Positions 57,128 to 64,000 of a DNA stretch of 64,000 bases are shown here, piece by piece. The notes under the pieces were generated by a model. It did no database searches. It had not been told where the DNA came from and was given only the letters and a program-made list of their open reading frames with translations. Each line of letters begins with the position of its first letter. Within the stretch, counting starts at the first letter, position 1. The DNA lies in the NCBI GenBank assembly GCA_963662285.2, contig CAXXMV010000002.1, positions 224,001-288,000 of the forward strand. Reading direction: 5' to 3'. Made by a program: the position numbers and the translations under genes. The stretch is from a bacterium. Lineage in GTDB: Bacteria > Hinthialibacterota > Hinthialibacteria > Hinthialibacterales > Hinthialibacteraceae.

Positions 57128-59308
57128 TTATTGCTTCTCTTTTGTATTATAGATTTTTCTGGTTAATTCATCTTTGAATTCGGGAGTGAAATCAAAAGGA
57201 TAGTCTGGTCCGGATTCCAATGATTTTTGCCAATATTTTTTAGCCGTAGAATATTCGCCCTTTTTAAGGTATGCGTCGCCGAGGTGATTAAGAATAACTG
57301 GATGATTATCATCTTTTGCGATAGCTTTTTCCAGATATCCGATAGATTCTTCAATCCGCCCCATTCGATAATACACCCAACCTATGCTATCCAGGATATT
57401 TCCGTCATCCGGATTTAGTTTCAGAGCTTTTTGAATGAGGGCTAATGCTTCATCCAAGCGAATATTATTATCGGCGTATGTGTATCCCAGGAAATTATAA
57501 GCTTCTGAGTCATCGGGGTATATCTCTATTGCTTCTTGCATTAATGATTCTATGTCAGCCAACCGGGACATTTTCTCGTAGACAACCGCCAGCTGAAACA
57601 AGCAGTCCTTATAACCAGGCCCATCACTACTATATGCATTTTTACTTTGAAGCAGCCATGTTTCCGAATCAGACCATTGATGGTTATCCATATAAACCAA
57701 GCCAAGGGTATGGGTTAGAAACGGGTCAGAAGGAGGATCGGTGATTGATTTATGAAGAGATGCAAGCAGCTGGTCGAGCAGGTCGCCTTTGAATGATATA
57801 CGCACCTTAAACCAGGTTTGGAGTTCAAAAGCTATGAGCGAAAGCCATTCCTGGTTGTTTTCTAATTGAGACTTATTTAAATCCTCCAGAATTTTTTTGA
57901 GACGTAACTGCGTGGATATTTGATCTTTACAAACAATAGATATTTGAGTGGATGCAAAAAGGGCGCGGGGCTTTTGGGGATATTTATCGATGCTTTTTTC
58001 TAGTAACTGCTGCAAGTATGGCAATTGGCCGTATTCTTGAATTCGGTTTAATGTTTCTTTTCTGGTTAATTCGAGTAGATATCTTTGGTTATCATCCCAG
58101 TTTCCATTTTCCAGGGAATAATCGAAACCGTCCAAGAAACTTTGATAGCCTTCTGCGCCGCGTTGCAATTCTTCTAATGTACGTCTCTTAAGAATTTGCA
58201 AATAAAAGGCGCCCGGTTCATTTTTAATAAGGTTGGGCAGTTCATCCAATGCCTTTTGATAGTTTTTCAGCTCGAAGAAAATTGCTGCCAGGCGGTATTG
58301 AGAAGATAAATCATCTGGTTCGATTTCTTTCACTCTTGAATATTGATGAATGGCTTCCAGCAACGAATTCCGTTCGTAGTAAAGAGGCCCCAGCGCTTTG
58401 CGTATGCTCAACTCATCATTGGAGTTACGAATATACTGTAAAGCCGAAAGGTAGGTAGTTATCGCTTCGTCTGGTTGATCTAATATTTCGTATAATTTGC
58501 CAATCCTGAGATAAACATCGAAATTACCGGGGATATTTTTCAGCACAGTTTGGTATTCTTGAAGGGCGTCTTGATATCGACCCATCTGGGTAAGAATCAA
58601 GGCAATTCTGAATTCATACATAAACGATCGGTTGCTATCGATTTGGGCCATTTTGCGATAAACGTGTATTGCTTCTTGAAAATGCTGAGTGCGAACATAT
58701 AGAGAGACCAGTTCGCTTAAAATATCCATTGAAAGTGGTTTGATCTCTAATAATTTCTCGTACTGTTCAATGGCTTTATCGTATTGTTTCTTATTGAGAT
58801 AAGCTATAGCTAGAACTTTGTAGGCTTCTTCTTCGGTGGTATTATTTTTTATAGCCTGTGTCGCTGCGTTTATGGCTTCATCCACACGACCGCTTTGGAG
58901 TAAGGCTTTACCTGTTACTGCGCCTAAGAAGGAAGAATCGGGCACAATTTCCAGCGCCTTGGCGTAGGCTTTCCCGGCATCTTCATATTGATTGCGTTCT
59001 TCCAGTAATGCTCCTTCTAGAAATTGGTTGAACAACTTTTCGCGTTTTTCCAGAGATATTTCTGCTTTTTCAGATTGGGGGGATTTTACTTCCGGCTCAG
59101 GGTCGTGATTATTCCGGGAAGTATCATTTTCAAGAGGTGTTTTTTCAGCATCGTCAACCGGGGGAGTATCTGTTTGCTGTTCTTTTGGAATAGAAACATC
59201 AATGGCTTCGTGAGGCGCGGCGTCTCCATTATTCTGTTGCGGAGAAGAAGCGCAACCGCCTAACATAACTAATATGAATCCGGAAAAGACGATTGATTTT
59301 ATATTCAT
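57128..59308 (-). CDS. TPR-repeat lipoprotein
   Basis: Lipobox LGGC, many TPRs, C-terminal AYNFLGYTYAD...ILDSIGWVYY...HLGDAY block. Confidence 0.88.
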   Translation of the reverse strand: MNIKSIVFSGFILVMLGGCASSPQQNNGDAAPHEAIDVSIPKEQQTDTPPVDDAEKTPLENDTSRNNHDPEPEVKSPQSEKAEISLEKREKLFNQFLEGALLEERNQYEDAGKAYAKALEIVPDSSFLGAVTGKALLQSGRVDEAINAATQAIKNNTTEEEAYKVLAIAYLNKKQYDKAIEQYEKLLEIKPLSMDILSELVSLYVRTQHFQEAIHVYRKMAQIDSNRSFMYEFRIALILTQMGRYQDALQEYQTVLKNIPGNFDVYLRIGKLYEILDQPDEAITTYLSALQYIRNSNDELSIRKALGPLYYERNSLLEAIHQYSRVKEIEPDDLSSQYRLAAIFFELKNYQKALDELPNLIKNEPGAFYLQILKRRTLEELQRGAEGYQSFLDGFDYSLENGNWDDNQRYLLELTRKETLNRIQEYGQLPYLQQLLEKSIDKYPQKPRALFASTQISIVCKDQISTQLRLKKILEDLNKSQLENNQEWLSLIAFELQTWFKVRISFKGDLLDQLLASLHKSITDPPSDPFLTHTLGLVYMDNHQWSDSETWLLQSKNAYSSDGPGYKDCLFQLAVVYEKMSRLADIESLMQEAIEIYPDDSEAYNFLGYTYADNNIRLDEALALIQKALKLNPDDGNILDSIGWVYYRMGRIEESIGYLEKAIAKDDNHPVILNHLGDAYLKKGEYSTAKKYWQKSLESGPDYPFDFTPEFKDELTRKIYNTKEKQ

Positions 59309-59383
59309 TTAGGACCTATTCTCAAATAGGTTACAGGAAAACCTTTTAATTAACACGATTATTAATGAGTAATAATACCGAAA

Positions 59384-59734
59384 TCAACCGGGAGGCCACT
59401 TCATAAAACGTCCACCCAATACATGTACATGAAGATGGTATACTGTTTGGCCGCCATTGTCTCCTGAATTAATAACAAGCCGGTAGCCATCTTGATCTAT
59501 GTTAAATTTTTGCGCTACCTGGTTAGCCCCGTTGATCAGATGCTGAAGAATATCTGCATTTTCTGCATTGATATGGTTGATTTTCTCAATATGTATTCTG
59601 GGGATAACCAGTAAATGAACCGGCGCCTGGGGATTCATATCCTTAAAAGCAACTACATGTTCGTCTTCATATTCCAGAGTTGCTGGAATCTCTCCTGCTG
59701 CAATTTTGCAAAAAATACAGTCTTCCGCAGCCAT
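59384..59734 (-). CDS. hit: Histidine triad nucleotide-binding protein (HinT)
   Basis: DCIFCKI, PQAPVHLLVIP, GQTVYHLHVHVLGG, WPPG. Confidence 0.95.
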   Translation of the reverse strand: MAAEDCIFCKIAAGEIPATLEYEDEHVVAFKDMNPQAPVHLLVIPRIHIEKINHINAENADILQHLINGANQVAQKFNIDQDGYRLVINSGDNGGQTVYHLHVHVLGGRFMKWPPG

Positions 59735-60015
59735 TGGTTTGATCTCCTGATTGTTTTACTTGTCTTTACAGATGGCGGTTTTTCATGTTGCATACCGCCC
59801 AAGCGTCCATATTAAAATTGAATATCCTATAATACATTATATAACGATTAATAATTCTTTATTGCTTAAAAAGAATCGTTATTGATAATATATTATATTG
59901 ATTATCTACTTAAAATTATCAAGCGCCCTGGATGAGATAATGCAATTGTCAAGCATATTTGGCGCCTAAAGGCGTTTTGTTTGGTGATATCTATTGGAAG
60001 AAAAGGATAATCCGA

Positions 60016-60834
60016 ATGTATTGGTGGCATCTCCCCAATGAGTTTTTTGTAATTATTGCTGGAATATTCGGCGCATCGATTGGCAGTTTTTTGCATGTTT
60101 GCATCTGGCGCATTCCCCGTGAAGAATCGATAGTCTTTCCTGCTTCGCGTTGTCCTGAGTGCAAGACGCACATTGCCTGGTATGATAACCTGCCCTTGAT
60201 TTCATGGTTGATCCTGTGCGGCGCCTGCCGACACTGTAAAACCAGAATCCCGGTCAGGTATCCAATTTATGAAATGTTGACCGCCTTGTTTTTCATGGGC
60301 GTCGTGCATATCTATGGGATATCATCCGCCACGTTTTTGTATATTTTCCTGGTTTGCGATTTGATTGTGGCGTCTGGCATCGATTGGGATCATCAATACA
60401 TACCTGATATTCTTTCTTTGCCCTTGATTCCCGCATCTCTGGTCATCGCCGCTATAGCGCAGTGGTTGGAGTATTTCCCTACAGCGCTGGTACAGGGCAT
60501 ATATCCGGCATTATGGGGAATAATTGTGGGGGGCGGCGTGATCTGGGCGATTCGCATTGTGGGAACCTGGGTGTTTAAGCAGGAGGCGATGGGATTCGGC
60601 GATGTCAAATTAATGGCGTTTTTAGGAGGATTTATCGGCTGGCAAGAGGCTTTGTTGTGTATCTTTTTAGCGGCGTTTATCGGTTCAGTAGTTGGCGTAA
60701 GTCTTAAATATTCAGGTAGAATAGGGAAATATGGTCATATTCCGTTTGGTCCCTATCTCGCTTTAGGGGCGTATATCTGTTTTTTGTATGGCAATGATAT
60801 TATTCTTTGGTATACGGCGCCTTTTGGTAGGTGA
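60016..60834 (+). CDS. pilD: Prepilin peptidase/N-methyltransferase
   Basis: GSFLHVCIWRIP, SRCPEC, CRHC, IDWD, MGFGDVKL, IPFGPYL. Confidence 0.93.
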   Translation: MYWWHLPNEFFVIIAGIFGASIGSFLHVCIWRIPREESIVFPASRCPECKTHIAWYDNLPLISWLILCGACRHCKTRIPVRYPIYEMLTALFFMGVVHIYGISSATFLYIFLVCDLIVASGIDWDHQYIPDILSLPLIPASLVIAAIAQWLEYFPTALVQGIYPALWGIIVGGGVIWAIRIVGTWVFKQEAMGFGDVKLMAFLGGFIGWQEALLCIFLAAFIGSVVGVSLKYSGRIGKYGHIPFGPYLALGAYICFLYGNDIILWYTAPFGR

Positions 60835-60860
60835 AGTATACCGGGGGTGATTTTAGATTT

Positions 60861-60897
60861 CCACTCATCCTAACCCTCCCGTGGTTGAGAGGGGACA
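60861..60897 (-). repeat. Degenerate CCCCTCTC...GAGGGTTAGG palindromic unit
   Basis: Reverse complement tgtcccctctcaaccacgggagggttaggatgagtgg matches the core at 31302. Confidence 0.6.
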
Positions 60898-61040
60898 TGT
60901 CTCTCGACAGGATTTGTTTATATTTAGTTTCTGAAGCCAGTCTTAAAATAATACCCTATTTATCCCCCGTGTTCTTGACCTTTCCCCCTCTCCTTTTTTA
61001 TAGTGTGGAGTGCAGACTATAAAATTTGAAGGAGACTATA

Positions 61041-61820
61041 ATGAAAAAAATATTTGTTTTGGCATTCATTGCTATATTCGTTTCTGTTGGTTTATTCGCA
61101 GGAGCGCAGGAAAAACCAGACGCTATTAAGGTTTTGCTGATTACTGGCGACGATGTCGCGCCTTATCATGATTGGCGTGAAATCGCCGAATGCACAAGAG
61201 ATGCTCTTGAAAGTTGTGCAATGATCAAGGTTAAAATCTGTGCGGATGAATTTATTCTGGAATCAAAAACCGCGTTGGATAAGTATAATGTTATCTTTTT
61301 AACGGGTTATTTTTCCAAGGAACCGAAACTATCTGATTTGGCCAAAAAGAATTTAATTGAATTTGTTAAGGGCGGCAAAGGCTTTGTGGCGACTCATCTA
61401 GCCAGCGCTTCTTTCAAAGAGTGGGATGAATTCAGAAATCTTTGCGCTGGACGAGTATGGGTGATGGGTAAATCCGGCCATGGTCCACGAGGCGTTTTTG
61501 AGTGTAATGTCGTGAACAAAGATCATGTTATAACCAAAGGTCTGTCGGATTTCAAAATTTTTGATGAACTCTATGCCAGACTGCAAGGCGATGCGGAAAT
61601 GGAAGTCTTGGTTTCAGCCAAATCAGACTTCACTGGAAATGTTGAACCACTGGTTTTCGTTAAGAATTATGGCAAAGGCCGCGTGGTTCATAATGCATTG
61701 GGGCATGATTTCAAAGCGATTAAAGATGTGAATAATCAGAAACTTCTGGTGCGCAGCTGCTTCTGGGCTGCGAATGTTGAATTGCCTCAAGGCTGTAATA
61801 TGTGCTGCAAGATGAAATAA
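61041..61820 (+). CDS. Secreted ThuA-like domain protein
   Basis: Signal peptide, HDWR, FVKGGKGFVATH, DELY, YGKGRVVHNALGHD. Confidence 0.88.
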   Translation: MKKIFVLAFIAIFVSVGLFAGAQEKPDAIKVLLITGDDVAPYHDWREIAECTRDALESCAMIKVKICADEFILESKTALDKYNVIFLTGYFSKEPKLSDLAKKNLIEFVKGGKGFVATHLASASFKEWDEFRNLCAGRVWVMGKSGHGPRGVFECNVVNKDHVITKGLSDFKIFDELYARLQGDAEMEVLVSAKSDFTGNVEPLVFVKNYGKGRVVHNALGHDFKAIKDVNNQKLLVRSCFWAANVELPQGCNMCCKMK

Positions 61821-61847
61821 TTTTTAAAAACTTGTGTTATTAGTATT

Positions 61848-61880
61848 TCCCTCCCTGATAGGTGAGGGATTAATGGGGGA
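61848..61880 (+). repeat. Degenerate CCCTCCC...GAGGG palindromic unit
   Basis: tccctccctgataggtgagggattaatggggga downstream of the ThuA gene. Confidence 0.4.
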
Positions 61881-61957
61881 TTGGTCAATAAAGAGCAATC
61901 CTCTTTTAATAGGTCTGATCTTATAAATCAGGCTTAAATCTTCCGGGGAGAAGAAAA

Positions 61958-64000
61958 ATGAAAAAAATTATGGGTTTGATGATTTCTTTATTGTTTTTGT
62001 TGAATTGCGTAAACGTGATGGGTGACGTGATTACAACCGGAACTTTGATTCGCGAAATGGTTGATTTACAGCGGTTGGGCGATTTTCCCGATCCTTCATA
62101 TAAGACGGTTCAGTTCTCATCTTATGATCATAGAAGCACTCTCCCCGGAGGTCCGGAATGGTTCGCCAATAGCGATGGATTCGGTAAGGAACCGAAAGCG
62201 AATTTTGATGCGGTGATCAAAGAACCCGGATCAGGCGATAAGGGCGAATATCTGATCTGCGATGTTGAGGGGCCGGGCGCCATTGTTCGAGTATGGACTG
62301 CTGCGATAAAAGGCGATATCCGGATGTATTTGGATAATTCCAGGTATCCAGTCTATGATGCTTCGGCGCAGGATTTCTTGCAAAAAACCTATAACCCATA
62401 TCTAGATAAGGCCGGTTTGGATGATAAGCGGTTTGATGGCGCTTTCTTCCAATTAAATGCTGGTTATTATCCGATTCCATTCGCGAAGAAATGCCGCATC
62501 GTCTGGATTGGCAATAAGAAGGATATTCACTTTTATCAGATTCAAATCAGGCTTTATGAGAAAAACGCTGAAGTAAGAACCTTTGCGCCAGAGGATTTAT
62601 CTACTTATAAAAAAGATATCGAAGAAACAATAGATGTCTTGAAGAATCCTGATTTGAATTGGGATTATAAATCGACTGATAAGCCATTCTCTATTTCAAC
62701 AATTGTTAAATCCGGAGAAAATCAAGAGGTTTTGTTTCAGGATGGTCCTAAAGCCATAGAGCGTTTGGCGTTACGCGTAAAAGCCGGAAATATCGATAAG
62801 GCCTTGAGACAGACCATTTTACATATACATTTTGATGAATATCCCTGGGGGCAGGTGCAATCTCCAATCGGTGATTTTTTCGGCGTTGCTCCGGGTATCA
62901 ATCCTTATGATTCCGTTCCCTTTAGCGTAAAAAACGATGGCGAGATGATCTGCCGGTTTGTAATGCCTTTTAAGAGTAATGTCCGGATTATGTTGGAGAA
63001 CAAGGGTAAACAGCCCGTCTCGGTTTCGGGATCAGTGCAATTGATGGATTATGATTGGGACGATGATGCTTCCATGCATTTCCGTGCGCGGTGGCGGGTG
63101 GATCATGATCTGGTAGCATCGAATGACCGGGTTCAGGACCTTCCGTTTCTGATTGCGAATGGAAAAGGGGTATATGTCGGAACAGCTTCTTATCTTCTGA
63201 ATCCTAACGATGTGCCATCATCTTATGGCAACTGGTGGGGTGAAGGCGACGAGAAGATTTTTGTGGATGATGATTTCAGGCCATCGACATTCGGGACCGG
63301 TTCAGAAGATTATTATAATTACGCCTGGTCATCAGGTGATATTTTTACTTATCCCTACTTCGCTCAACCGAGAAATGATGGGCCCGCCAATCGCGGTTTC
63401 GTTACCAATAACCGGTGGCATATTGTTGATCCTCTGCCATTTCAATACCGCTTGAGTTTCTATATGGAACTTTTTAGCCACGAAACCACTCCAGGCGTGT
63501 CATACGCCAGGATGTCATATCATTATGGAAAACCGGGGATGATGGATGATCATCTTCCTATCACAGGCGAAGACGTGCGTCATTTGATTCTGCCCGAAAA
63601 TTGGGCGCCTGCATCCCGTATGGGAGCGGGAAACTCGGTCTTCTATGCAGCAGAGACTTTGTTGAAATCCTCCAAAGATATTGATTTTGTATATGATAAC
63701 CTTTGGCAAGGCGGAGCTTTGATGGTTTGGCGGCCTGGGGAGAAAGGCCAAGTGTTGGATATGAAATTTTCAGTTGAAGAAGATGGGAATTATACTATCC
63801 GGCTGGTCTGCGCCCGTACGCCAAAATCGGGGCTATTCTCGGTCAAACTTGATGATGCATCGCTTGATTTAGGGGGTAATGTCGATCTTTTTGATCCTTA
63901 TCGCATTCTTCTGCGACCAATAAGATCAAAAAAGGTTGAACTCAATAAAGGTGATCATACGCTAAGCCTTCAATTTGAAGGGAAAAACGGTTCAAGTCAT
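61958..64000 (+). CDS. DUF2961 / GH172-like secreted glycoside hydrolase (truncated by window end)
   Basis: Absent from the ORF track because it has no stop in the window. Manual translation gives MKKIMGL...QFSSYDHRS...GPGAIVRVWTA...WWGEGDEKIFVDD...FGTGSEDYYNYAW; GGGGAG RBS. Confidence 0.85.
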   Translation, partial: MKKIMGLMISLLFLLNCVNVMGDVITTGTLIREMVDLQRLGDFPDPSYKTVQFSSYDHRSTLPGGPEWFANSDGFGKEPKANFDAVIKEPGSGDKGEYLICDVEGPGAIVRVWTAAIKGDIRMYLDNSRYPVYDASAQDFLQKTYNPYLDKAGLDDKRFDGAFFQLNAGYYPIPFAKKCRIVWIGNKKDIHFYQIQIRLYEKNAEVRTFAPEDLSTYKKDIEETIDVLKNPDLNWDYKSTDKPFSISTIVKSGENQEVLFQDGPKAIERLALRVKAGNIDKALRQTILHIHFDEYPWGQVQSPIGDFFGVAPGINPYDSVPFSVKNDGEMICRFVMPFKSNVRIMLENKGKQPVSVSGSVQLMDYDWDDDASMHFRARWRVDHDLVASNDRVQDLPFLIANGKGVYVGTASYLLNPNDVPSSYGNWWGEGDEKIFVDDDFRPSTFGTGSEDYYNYAWSSGDIFTYPYFAQPRNDGPANRGFVTNNRWHIVDPLPFQYRLSFYMELFSHETTPGVSYARMSYHYGKPGMMDDHLPITGEDVRHLILPENWAPASRMGAGNSVFYAAETLLKSSKDIDFVYDNLWQGGALMVWRPGEKGQVLDMKFSVEEDGNYTIRLVCARTPKSGLFSVKLDDASLDLGGNVDLFDPYRILLRPIRSKKVELNKGDHTLSLQFEGKNGSSH

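Noticed and set aside
61790-61820. Cys-rich tail GCNMCCKMK on the ThuA protein as a metal-binding tag
   Set aside because: Single short instance with no way to assess conservation.
22792-61880. CRISPR array interpretation of the palindromic repeats
   Set aside because: The copies are dispersed and diverged, not regularly spaced, and no cas genes are present.

Overview
Bacterial chromosomal window from an AT-leaning diderm organism (TolC, lipoproteins, rny, yqeK, many secreted carbohydrate-active proteins), with about 50 CDSs. The short C-terminal V-x-[DE]-W-x-L-[HF] tails recall candidate phyla such as Hinthialibacterota/OLB16 or Sumerlaeota; this is a recollection, not a search result. I found no rRNA, tRNA, CRISPR array or transposase. 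The standout is a 15.5-kb minus-strand seven-gene operon (49-15566) that interleaves a tripartite RND pump with an ABC-2 exporter. In transcription order it encodes: MFP lipoprotein, ABC ATPase, ABC-2 permease, RND permease, ABC-2 permease fused to an M1-peptidase-like domain lacking catalytic motifs, a second RND permease fused in frame to an intact ABC ATPase, and TolC. The rest is mostly housekeeping (argJ, mrp, PTPS/folE, gpsA, pgsA-like pair, thiL, cinA, comF, rny, nnr, yqeK, hit, pilD). It also contains glycosyltransferases, GH36, a GH172-like gene running off the right edge, and two tandem secreted paralogs with shuffled lectin-like repeats and a shared C-terminal motif. A frameshifted zinc peptidase and a family of about 120-bp CTAG-ended MITE-like elements are also present. 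All calls come from reading motifs by eye; no database search was run.
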